Below, piece after piece: positions 25,265 through 37,097 of a stretch of DNA of 64,000 nucleotides. A model generated the notes under the pieces. That model was not told where the DNA came from. It worked only from the letters and a program-made list of their open reading frames with translations, and did not search any database. The stretch spans positions 13,578,001 through 13,642,000 of the forward strand of contig OZ024759.1 of NCBI GenBank assembly GCA_964016885.1. The letters run 5' to 3'. Every line of letters starts with the position of its first letter. Positions within the stretch are counted from its first letter, which is position 1. The stretch is from Eledone cirrhosa (taxonomy: Eukaryota). Both the position numbers and the translations under genes were made by a program.

Positions 25265-25490
25265 GGGCGGGTGATGTGTTGTTTCCTTGAGCAAGACACT
25301 TTATTTCATGTTGCTCCAGTTTACTCAGCTGAAATGAGTACCAGCAATAGCTGGAGGTTTAACCCTGCGATGAACTGGCGTCCTATCCAGGGGGGGGGGG
25401 TCTTATATTCTCAGTCGCTTCACGCCATGAAACCGGGATAAGCACCGGCCAAATGAGCTTTCTGGCTTAAGACAGACTTTAGACTTACAG
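25265..25490 (+). mobile_element. 5'-truncated SINE with a CORE-like body and a different tail
   Basis: Shares ccttgagcaagacacttta...ctcagctg with family A, then continues aaccctgcgatgaactggcgtcctatccaggggg...gaaaccggg. Confidence 0.6.
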
Positions 25491-26052
25491 TGGAATGGCG
25501 TCATCGTATGGCTAAAACAGCACGTGCTGTGACCAGCGGCGCCGAATGGCACCCGACAGACTGGTCGGTGAAGGTGAAGGTGATATATAGAGGTAGAACA
25601 CTGGAAGGTAATATCCGTAGTGGTAGAGCACTCAGTCCATGGGACAAGTTAGGTAGAAGTACGAGCTGAAGATCCGCTAAGGTGAAACAATTGTTCTCAG
25701 TATTGTGAACTAACTGTTGTGTTAACACTTCTATATGTATATCATCATTTTACGTCCGCTTTTCCTTGCTTGCAAGGGTGGGACGGGAACTGATTCTGGC
25801 TTGATTTCTACAGCCGGATGCCATTCCTAACACCAACCTCATTTACACTGTGGGCTGGGTGCTTTTTTGCCGTGGCACCTTCACAACCACTTTGCAGTGG
25901 AATGTTAGGGATCCCAGTCCTTTCATCTCATTTCTACAGCTGAGTAAACTGGAGCAATGTGAAATAAAGTGTGTTGCTCAAGGAAACAACACATCACCTG
26001 GTCTGAGAATTGAACTCACAACCTTTTGATTGCAAGGCCAATGCTCTAACCA

Positions 26053-26128
<76 letters not shown>

Positions 26129-26132
26129 TATA

Positions 26133-27730
26133 TGGTTATTATTTGCGGAGGGTCATGTTGTTATAATATTGCCAGAAAAATATAGTAAACACACACTGTT
26201 TGGTTTGGATTGGTTTTTTCTTCAGTATATTTTTTATATTGCAATAATTAATTCAGCTGGCAATCAATGTTTATCATTGATTGACCAACAGTTAAAAATA
26301 TAAATATAGTCACTCTGAGTTCTTTTGTCACACAACTGTGACATCATCAGTGATGTTCCCCCCTTTGTATTTTTGTAATGTTTGCTTATCTATTTTATTG
26401 ATTCATTTATTGTTGTCTCTGTTTGCACATGCGTTTATGTGTGTGTATTCTGTTTGGTGTGTGTTCATGTCTTAGTCTCTGTGTGTTTATGTGTTTATAT
26501 TCTACCTTTGGTTTCTAGTTAGGTGTTTCTGTGTGGATGTTGTTATTTTATCTGCGTATATTTATTTATATTTGTCTTAGATCACTATTGTGTGTTTGTG
26601 TATGGTTGTTGTTATACTATTCATGTTTTCTGTTCAGCCTTGGTTTTCTTAATTCTATTTCTGTAGCTTCCCTAATTTGTCTAATTGTGGAATCATTTCT
26701 ATGTTTAGATATTTTAATTTCTATGTTGTCTATATTATCATCATGTTAAGTCTGGCATGTTCATATAGTACTGAATTGTCTTTTTGTCCTTTTAGTTCAC
26801 TCCAGTGTTCATCTACTCCCTCTCTTATGCTATGGACTGTCTCTCCTATGTATGTTGTAGTCATGTTTCTGCAAGTACCCTCTGTACATCTTATGCTACA
26901 GACTACATTCTTAGTTTTACAATTTATTTGTAGACTTATTCTATATATTACACATATTTGCCACTTTAATATTTAAATAGGTCTTTCTTAGGACCTTTCT
27001 AAATTAGTTAGCTAGTTCACCTCCAGGGGTTGCATCTACAAACATAACATTCTGGTATCTCTGGTTGTCATACCATGAGTTGGCTTTCCCTATCTTTTAT
27101 CTGGTCTTATCTTTGGTTGTAGCCAGAGAACTGCATGCAATTGATGAAGTGTTGTATGTGTCTTTTCAGTTCAGTTGGATCGCACATTTGGGACACATCC
27201 TTCATCGCTCTTACCCAGTCTGCGATCAGAATATTAAACTTAGCACTATTGGACAACACTGAGTTTTTGTGTACAAGGTATTTGGAAGCCATGGGTTTAG
27301 CATAATGTGAGTAGAGGATTTGGGTTTTCTCATAGTATGTAACCAGAGTTCAGTGTTTAATACTGGTAGGCTATTGTTTGGGTGTTTGGAAGAGTAGTCG
27401 ATAGTTACTGTGGTACTCTGGTGTATGGAATTAGTTATTTGCTGAATGCTCTCCATGGAATTAGTTTCTAATTCGGGTTTATTGGTACTCTCTTGTGAGG
27501 GTGTTTTTATTACTATATTGATGTCGTCTACATAATGAGAGTACCTGATGAGGGCAAGGCGTTCTTTGAGTCCCCTTTCTAATCCATACCATAAACAGGT
27601 TGGCAACATCGCCAGCTATGCTGATGGCCACTCCTTCATCTGGGGTGTAAGTTTTCTTATTAATTTTGAACATGTGGCCCTTTAGGGTAGTTTTAGTACT
27701 AGCCCCATACTGCATGTGCGTTCAACTTTC
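26133..27730 (-). mobile_element. Decayed Penelope-like element related to the 7.7-10.5 kb element
   Basis: ISIAGDVANLFMVW, HYVDDINIVIKTP and LVHKNS...ILIAD remnants; related pseudo-LTR and terminus next to (TA)n. Confidence 0.85.
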
Positions 27731-27914
27731 TCACCTGATCATTGTCCTCGGGTCACCAAGGTTTGTACAGAGAACTCAGAGAGCCACAACATATATGGAG
27801 GACTGACCCCACAACATATATAGCGGACTGACCCCAGAACATGTACAGGGGACTGACCCCACAACAAATACGGTGACATTTAATTGGATGCTCCACTGAG
27901 TCAGGTTTACTCAC

Positions 27915-27958
27915 TTTTTTTCCACTTTCTCTTTTTCTTCAACTTCACGAATCGATTC
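27915..27958 (-). CDS. TMC: TMC exon H (44-nt mini-exon): ESIREVEEKEKVEK(K)
   Basis: Acceptor tatttccAG, donor GTGAGT; bridges phase 0 to phase 2 exactly; matches E.I.EE.EK. Confidence 0.9.
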
Positions 27959-27990
27959 CTGGAAATATAGGGAGAGATGGTTTATTACAT

Positions 27991-29020
27991 GATAGTGGTG
28001 GTGGTGGTGGCGGTGGTGGTGATGGTAGTGGTGGTGGTGGTGTGGTGGTGGTGTGATGGTGATGGTGGTGGTGGCGGTGGTGGTGATGGTAGTGGTGGTG
28101 GTGGTGTGGTGGTGGTGTGATGGTGATGGTGGTGGTGGCGGTGGTGGTGATGGTAGTGGTGGTGGTGGTGTGGTGGTGGTGGTGGTGGTGGCATGGTGTG
28201 GTGGTGGTGGCGGTGGCATGGTGTGGTGGTGGTGGTGTGGTGGTGGCGGTGGTGGTGATGGTAGTGGTGGTGGTGGTGGTGGTGGTGGTGATGGTGATGG
28301 TGATGGTGGTGGTGGTGTGGTGGTGTGGTGGTGGTGGGATGGTGATGGTGGTGGTGGCGGTGGTGGTGATGGTAGTGGTGGTGGTGGTGGTGTGGTGGTG
28401 GTGGTGATGGTAGTGGTGGTGGTGGTGATGGTAGTGGTGGTGGTGGTGGTGATGGTAGTGGTGGTGGTGGTGTGGTGGTGGTGGGATGGTGATGGTGGTG
28501 GTGGCGGTGGTGGTGATGGTAGTGGTGGTGGTGTGGTGGTGGTGTGATGGTGATGGTGGTGGTGGCGGTGGTGGTGATGGTAGTGGTGGTGGTGGTGTGG
28601 TGGTTTGACGGTGGTTTGATAGTGGTGTTGGTGGTATGACGGTGGTAGTGTTGACAGTGGTGGTGGTGTAATGGTGGTGCTGACAGTGGTGGTTTGATGT
28701 TGGTGCTGATGGTGATGTTGATGGTGGTGTTGGTGGTGGTGTGGTGGTGGTGTGATGGTGGTGGTGGTGGTGTGGTGGTGGTGGTGGTGTGATGGTGGTG
28801 TTGGTGGTGGTGAGATGGTGGTGGTGTGATGGTGGTGGTGCAATGGTGGTGGTGCGATGGTGGTGGTGTGATGGTGGTGGCGTGATGGTGGTGGTGGTGC
28901 GATGGTGGTAGTCGTGCGATGGTGGTAGTGCTGACAATGGTGGTGGTGTGATGGTGGTCCTGACAGTGGTGGTTTGATGGTGGTGGTGCTGACAGTAGTG
29001 GTTTGATGGTGGTGTTGGTG
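27991..29020. repeat. (GGT)n-based microsatellite filling almost all of the 1076-nt intron between exons G and H
   Basis: Directly visible in the sequence. Confidence 0.95.
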
Positions 29021-29034
29021 TCAGTAATACCCAC

Positions 29035-29182
29035 CTTAAATGTGGTAACAATGGCAGCATACTTGTTATTTGCTGTGTCAGGGTTTCCTACCATATAATC
29101 CCAACTGCTAAACAACTTCCATGAGAAGGAAAACATTTCATCCTTGGTCGCCATTTTGTTGAGTCGGGCATTGGCAGCCAGC
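29035..29182 (-). CDS. TMC: TMC exon G (148 nt): (K)[49 protein letters not shown] (intracellular loop 1)
   Basis: Acceptor catctcttcAG, donor AAG|GTGGGT; F.FSWK.F.SWDY..GNP.TA.NK motif. Confidence 0.95.
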
Positions 29183-29244
29183 CTGAAGAGATGAGATATC
29201 ACAGGAAAGAAGAAATGAAACTTATGCATTATACCTATGTAGGT

Positions 29245-30478
29245 TTAACCCTTTAGCATTTACATTACTCTATATATACTATTGTATTTTCATGGTAAAG
29301 GCTTTACCTCACATAATATCTCACATAACATTTACATTACTCTATATATACTATTGTATTTTCACAGTAAAGGCATTACCTCACATAATATCTCACATAA
29401 CATTTACATTACTCTATATATACTATTGTATTTTCACAGTAAAGGCATTACCTCACATAATATCTCACATAACATTTACATTACTCTATATTTACTATTA
29501 TATTTTCACAGTAAAGGCTTTACCTCACATAATATCTCACATAACATTTACATTACTCTATATATACTATTGTATTTTCACAGTAAAGGCATTACCTCAC
29601 ATAATATCTCACATAACATATACATTACTCTATATTTACTATTATATTTTCACAGTAAAGGCTTTACCTCACATAATATCTCACATAACATTTACATTAC
29701 TCTATATATACTATTGTATTTTCACAGTAATGGCTTTATCTCACATAATATCTCACATAACATTTACATTATTCTATATATACTATTGTATTTTCACAGT
29801 AAAGGCTTTACCTCACATAATATCTCACATAACATTTACATTACTCTATATTTACTATTATATTTTCACAGTAAAGGCTTTACCTCACATAATATCTCAC
29901 ATAACATTTACATTACTCTAAATATACGATTGTATTTTCACAGTAAAGGCTTTACCTCACATAATATCTCACATAACATTTACATTACTCTATATATACT
30001 ATTATATTTTCACAGTAAAGGCTTTACCTCACATAATATCTCACATAACATTTACATTACTCTATATATACTATTGTATTTTCACAGTAAAGGCTTTACC
30101 TCACATAATATCTCACATAACATTTACATTACTCTATATATACTATTGTATTGTCACAGTAAAAGCTTTTTCTCACATAATATCTCACATAACATTTACA
30201 TTACTCTATATATACTATTGTATTGTCACAGTAAAAGCTTTTTCTCACATAATATCTCAGATAACATTTACATTACTCTATATATACTATTGTATTTTCA
30301 CAGTAAAAGCTTTATCTCACATAATAATCTTATATAATATCGATTGTATGAGATTTGGATATTTATTTTGAGAACAATACCTTAACATTGGTATTAGCAG
30401 CCTATTACAGTTGGTTTGAACAGAAAGAGGTGAGAGAATTCTGCCTGGATATGGCCTGTTTAAATGCTTAAGGGTTAA
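29245..30478. mobile_element. piggyBac-like MITE (TTAA target) containing about 14-15 copies of a 72-bp minisatellite; unexpanded copies at 44701-44929 and about 15959-16161
   Basis: TTAA-ccctttagcattt ... aaatgcttaaggg-TTAA; 24-aa periodicity in the overlapping ORFs. Confidence 0.8.
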
Positions 30479-33400
30479 CTGATCTCCTACAAGGGCATAT
30501 ATCATAGCTTGCATCCCATAGAAGGATTCCTGGGTGTTTTAATTATAATAGCCCCAGTTATGTCGTGCTATTGTTATAGTTCACACATATATATATATTT
30601 ATATATATATATATAGGGTTAGCTGGTCACCTACAAGGTTTTATATCATAGTAAATTTATTGGGTGTTTTTTATGAATGGGTCCTCGGTCTTATCACACA
30701 CACACACGTTATCGTTGCCGTTACAGCTCGCACCTATCTAAATTTTGCTGACCTTCTATAATGTTATATCACATAGGAAGTGTCTGAGATGTTTTAATGA
30801 TGATGTTAGGTCCCAGTCCTATCATAAGGTTGCTGTTACACCTCACTCCTATGTAGGTTTAGCCAGGTGGTATTTCATGGGAGGTTTCTTAGGTGTTTAA
30901 ATGATTAGGGCTCTACTATCATCATCATCATCATCAACATCATCATTTTACACCGCTTTTCCCTGCTTGCAAGGGTGGGACAATCATGAATCTATTTTAT
31001 TATAACTCCCACCAATGAAAATTTAGCTTGTTTCCTGAGCATCTGTATCTCTTAGAGAGTTTCTTGTGTGTTTTGATAGAGTGTTCCAGTTTTATATTGA
31101 AAAACAATACACCCCAATCCACTACCCCTAGCCTATCCTCCCACTCCCACCAACACCACCCTCTCTCTGTAAAGTTGGTACCACAACATCCAGTCCAAAT
31201 AAATGAGAATATGAGATCGAGATCGTGTAGGTGTCACGAGAAAAAAACCCACAGTCCACGCTGTAATGTGGCCGTGTACGTAACACGGTAAAAGGTTCCC
31301 AGTTCCACACTGTAAATGTGGTTGGTGTTAGGAAGGGCATCCAACCGTAGAAAACCTGCCAGATAGTCCAAGACGGGCGAGACACGGTCACCCGACCAAT
31401 CTTGCCTCAAGTGGGACAACTGCCGTCTAACCCATGCTAGCGTGGAAAATGGACGTTAAATGAAGATGATGATGATGATTATGATGAATGTGAAAATAAA
31501 GAGTCCAGGAATTGAAGCCATGATATTATCATCATGAGTCTATCATTCTACCTACCTCCACATGCTGGAACGGGTATTAGGAACATTTCTATAGAGTACC
31601 ATAGTTATTTGCAATAGACAAAAGAAACCAATTGAAACATAAGTTGTAAATCTCCGAAGCCGTTTATGAAAGTATTGAAGAAGACAAGAAAACACACTTC
31701 GATCTTCCGAATCATCATTTTTCTTACCTGTTGTACAAACCTGGCTGGACACAGAACACTGCACAAACATTCTAATAATTCTATTGAGTTATGAAATAAT
31801 TGTTTCTACTTTTGACACAAGGCCAGCAATTATCCAGTACATTACTGGTACTTTATTTTATCGACCTCGTAAGGATGAAAGGCAAAGTTAATCTTGGCGG
31901 GATTTGAACTCAAATCGTAAAGGGACGTAACTATGCTGGAAAACATGTCCAACCTTCTACCAATTCTGCCAATCCACCACCCTTGAGTTATGAAATAATA
32001 CATATGAATAAGCCATAGATGACAAACATCATTAAGTAATGTCAGTTTCAAAAGAAACTATGTTCTCACCGTTTATGTTATCTGACAGTAGCAACTCCTG
32101 GTAGAAGGAGCTGAGATTATTCATCATCATCATCAGAGTTTTATGTCCATTTTTTCACGCTAGCATGGGTTAGAGGAGTTGTCCTGTTGTGGGCAATGCT
32201 AGGTCAGATGACCATGTCATGCTGATACAGAACTAATTTAGGCTTGGTTTCTACATCTGGATGCCCTCCCTGATGCCAACTTCATTTACAGTATGTACTG
32301 GGTGCTTTTGTTGTATACGACCACTTTACAGTGTGGACTGGGTACTTTTTGTCAAGACACCTACACGACCACTTTACAGTGTGTGCTGGGCACTTTTTGT
32401 CAAGACACCTACACAACCACTTTACAGTGATGACTGGGTATTTTTTGTCTTGACACCTTCATGACCACTTTACAGTGTGTGCTGGATGCTTTTTGTTGTG
32501 ACACCTACACTACCACTTTACAGTGAGGACTGGGCACTTTTTGTCATGACACCTACACGACCACTTTACAGTGTGGGCTGGGCACTTTTTGTAGTGACAC
32601 CTATACAACCACTTTACAGTGAGGACTGGGCACTTTTTGTCATGACACCTTCATGACCACTGTACAGTGAGTACTGGGTGCTTTTTGTTGTGACACATAC
32701 ATGACCTCTTTACAGTGTGGGCTGGATGCTTTTTGTTGTGACACCTTCATGACCCGTTTACAGTGAGTACTGGGCACTTTTTGTCATGATGCCTTCATGA
32801 CCACTTTACAGTGTGTACTGGGTGACTTTTGTTGTGACACCAAAATACACAACTCAAAATACACAGAGCCAGGTCAGATACCACAAAGAATTTTTTATCA
32901 ATTACTCCTGGACAGTTTTACTTATTTATTTATCAACCTCCAGCCGGCCGGCAAGTGATGAAGGAGGGATAACAGCAAAGAGCTCAGCTGGTCTCACTTG
33001 GAGATCCAGCCAGATAAATTGGAGACAGTTGCTTCTGACAGGACTCACTGGAGGGCATGTTTGAAGACTGCTCTCACCTACCACACTCCCAGGAATAAAT
33101 CGATGAAGAAGAACAACAACATGAAAAGAATCAAAGGTGGGGTTTGCACTCAAGAACAGAGAGACAGAATAAATACTGTAGCATTTATTCCAGAGCTCTA
33201 ATCCGTCTGTCCGTCCAGTTCTGATGGTTCTGTATTTATCAACCCAAGACATAATGAAAGGTTGCGTTGATCTTTGTCAGATTTTAACAAAGATCTGAGA
33301 GAATCAAAACAATTTGTAAAGCATTTAATTAATTCAATGTGCTGCAGTAATGACACAACTGTGACAGCATAATCATTTCAACAGTCTAGATGTTGCTCTC

Positions 33401-33747
33401 ATTTGTGTGACATTAGCAACGGTTGACACAACAAATAAAACAGATTGAGGAAGATTAAAACTGAGGGATGTCTAGGCATGCCAATTCAGCCATTAAAAAC
33501 ATCGAGATCAAATAAGGAATTAAGAAGGTAATCCTAAACAAAGGTGGGCAGTAGCTTTGATTTTAATAATAATAATTGTTTCTGCTATTGGCACAAGGCC
33601 AGCAATTACCCAGTAGATTACTGGTACTTTATTTTATCGACTCCATAAGGATGAAAGGCAAAGCTAACCATGGCAGGATCTGAATAATAATAATTGTTTC
33701 TACTTTTGGCAGAAGGCCAGCAATTATCCCAGCGCAATTATCCCAGT

Positions 33748-35570
33748 GTCACGAATGACCAGAAAAAGGAGGCCTGGAAATGTCATTATGAGAGACTGAT
33801 GAATGTGGAGAACGAATGGGAGAGAGAGAAATTACCCTTGGTAGATCCGACAGAGGGACCAGCTATTGAGATTGACGAATATAGGGTCCAAGAGGCGATT
33901 AGGGAAATGAAAAATGGTAAGACGGCCGGACCATCGGGAATAGTTGCTGAGATGCTGAAGGCATCAGGGGACGTAGGCACTAAACTGGTTGCACGCATAA
34001 TCAATCAGGCTATATATGGTGGTGTCATACCCAAAGACTGGTGCAGCAGTATTCTCATAAATTGCTACAAAGGTAAAGGGGATGCTTTGGAGAGGAGCAA
34101 TTATAGGGGTATAAAACTGATAGATCAGGTTATGAAAGTGGCAGAAAGGATTTTAGCACAACTAATTAGAGAAAGGGTCAAACTAGATGAGATGCAGTTT
34201 GGTTTTGTGCCTGGGAAGAGTACAACAGATGCCCTCTTCTTGGTGAGACAAATGCAAGAGAGGTTCTTAGAGAAGAATAAGCCACTATACTTAGCCTTTG
34301 TTGACCTAGAGAAGGCCTTTGATAGGGTACCCCGATCTGTCATCTGGTGGTCCCTAAGGAAGCTGGGTGTTGAGGAATGGCTTGTAAGGACAGTGCAAAC
34401 TTTGTACAGAGGTACTCTCAGTAAAGTCAGGGTAGGAATGGAGTTTAGTGAGGAATTCCAGATACAAGTAGGAGTACATCAGGGTTCGGTCCTCAGCCCG
34501 CTCTTGTTCATTATAGTCCTCCAAGCCATAACAGAGGAGTTTAAGACTGGCTGTCCATGGGAACTTCTCTATGCTGACGATCTGGCTCTTATGGCAGAAT
34601 CAGTAGAGGAGCTAGAGAATAAATTCCGGCTATGGAAACAGCAGTTGGAAGCAAGAGGACTGAGAGTAAATCTAGCTAAGACAAAAGTGTTGATGAGTAG
34701 AAAAGAGGACAAAACCCTGATTCCGTCAGGGAAATGGCCATGTTCGATATGCAGAAAAGGAACTGGCATAAATTCCATAAAATGCACACAATGTAGGTCC
34801 TGGGTACACAAGAGATGTAGCGGGATAGCAGGCAAACTAACAGGTAGGGAGAAATATGTATGCAGTAGATGTACAGGGAAATTAGACAGTAGAAGTCGCA
34901 CTGATAGACACATTTTTCAAATGCGAGAGGGCGCTATAGAAGTGGTGGATAGCTTCCGGTACCTAGGAGATCAGATTAGCATGGGAGGAGGGTGTTCCGA
35001 GGCCATAGTATCTAGAATAAGGACGGGTTGGAAGAAGTTTAGGGAGCTGCTTCCTCTGTTGACGAAGAAGGGTTTCTCCCTGCGTACGAAAGGCCGGTTG
35101 TATGATGCCTGTGTGAGGAGCGCGATGCTGCATGGTAGTGAGACATGGGCAGCTACCGCAGAAGATATGCGACGGCTGGAGAGAAATGAGGCAAGCATGC
35201 TCCGTTGGATGTGCAGTGTAAATGTGCGTGAACGACCCAGCATAAATGTGTTGAGAGAGAAACTGTGTCTGAGAGGGATAGAATGTAGTGTACGGGAGAG
35301 GAGACTGAGGTGGTATGGACATGTGATGCGCATGGAGGATGACCGATGGGTGAAGAAGTGCCAGGAAATGCCAGTTGAAGGAAGACGTGGTAGAGGTAGA
35401 CCACGAAAAACATGGGCGGAGGTGGTGAGAACAGACCTCAGATCATTGAAGCTCACGGTGGAGATGACGAGGGACCGTGACGAGTGGAGAGATGCTGTGC
35501 TGAATAAGACCTGTCCCACCCTTGCAAGCAGGGAAAAGCGGACGTAAAATGATGATGATGATGATGATGA
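33748..35570 (+). mobile_element. Young 5'-truncated RTE family A LINE with about 600 uninterrupted codons (RT with embedded C4HC3 finger), inserted into a SINE B copy
   Basis: Full set of RT motifs; SINE sequence ...caattatcccagtg on the left resumes as ttactggtacttt after the (GAT)n tail; the ORF-track start at 33694 is SINE-derived. Confidence 0.95.
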
Positions 35571-35861
35571 TTACTGGTACTTTATTTTATTGACTCCGTA
35601 AGGATGAAAGGCAAAGTTAATCTCGGCGAGATTTGAACTCATACTGTAAAGGGATGTAGCTCTATGCTACAAAGCATGGTGTCCGACCCTCTACCGATAC
35701 TGCCAAATGGTTTCTTATACAGGCACAAAACCAATAATTTGGAGGTAGGGGAAAGTTGATTGAATCAACCCCAGTGCATGACTGATACTTTATTTTATTG
35801 ACCTCGCAAGGATGAAAGGCAAAGCTAACCTCAGCGGGATTTGAATAATAATAATAATAAT

Positions 35862-36125
35862 AGAGATCAACCACATGTGGAGGATGACCAGAAACACTAT
35901 GCCTGGGGTAATAGGAGCATTAGGATTAATACCCAAATCATCAGACCTGCACCTTAGCGTCCTTCCTAACAAGACCAGCAAATATGAGCTACAGAAGATC
36001 GGACTACTAGGAACAGCACACATTGTCAGAGGAGGTCTCCCTCTCTACCATGAAAACCTCTATTGTCCTAGGTTCAAGGCCTGAACCCGGCAACAGAGAA
36101 ACAGAACTGAGCTAAACAAAATAAC
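35862..36125 (+). mobile_element. 3' fragment of an R4/Dong-like (restriction-like endonuclease clade) non-LTR element
   Basis: VIGALGLIPK...ELQKIGLLGTAHIVR C-terminal motif; flanked by (AAT)n and (AAC)n. Confidence 0.65.
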
Positions 36126-37097
36126 ACAACAACAACAACAACAACAATAATAATTGTTTCTATTTTTGGCACAAGGCCAGCAATTACCCCCATGCATTAC
36201 TGGTACTTTATTTTATCGACTCCGTAAGGATGAAAGGCAAAGTTAACCTCGGCGGGATTTGAACTCAGAACGTAAAGGGCCATTACTCTGTGCTAATAAA
36301 CTAAAAACCTATAATCACCCCAATTCCACCACACACTCAACAAAAAGAAGAAAACTATAAGATACAATACAAAACGTAAAAGAAGCAACTTTTAAAGACG
36401 GGTTTGTCCCATGTCGGGTGACTGTCTCGCTCATATAGGACTGTTTCTGGCTGGTTTTCTATGGCTGGATGCCCTTCCTAATGCCAACCCCATTGATACC
36501 GTATGCTGGGTGCTTTTTGCCATGTCTTTTACACGTCCACTTTACAGTGTGGTGTTTTGGGGCTGGTTTTCTACGGTTGGATGCCCTTCCTAACGCCAAC
36601 CACATTTACAATGTGTGCTGGGTACTTTTTGTCGTGACACCAATGGTAAGATTAATTTCACTGCAGGCGAACTGGAGCACTACCCAAAGAGCCGGGCAAC
36701 ATTCCATGGACTTCCAATTCCGTGAGTAACACAAGCATGAATTACGGAAAAAATAAAAATTAATACAGAACACCAAATCGCTTGTCCTATGATTGATCAG
36801 GACAAACATTTTCAGTTGCCTGTTTACATGTGAAAGAGCCCTGCTTCATCCATCAGCTTTACGTAGGATGTTCAAGAGTAGGAAGTCAGAAAAATCTTTA
36901 CATCTAGGCACCAGATAGAAAAACAACAAACATTGTTTATACATACATTAAAAAGTGACCCAATTAATAAAGAAATCTGTCCTCATCAAGAGGACTATCC
37001 TTCAGGAGAGACATCGTCTGACATGGAATGAAAAGAAATTTTGAAATAAAGGCATACTATTGTGATTATTGCCCAGCAACGATCGGCTAGCATATAT

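Noticed and set aside
29282-30337. 351-aa repeat protein
   Set aside because: Translation of a 72-bp array inside a MITE.
33694-33747. N-terminus of the 617-aa ORF as a real start
   Set aside because: It derives from the SINE B copy into which the truncated LINE inserted.
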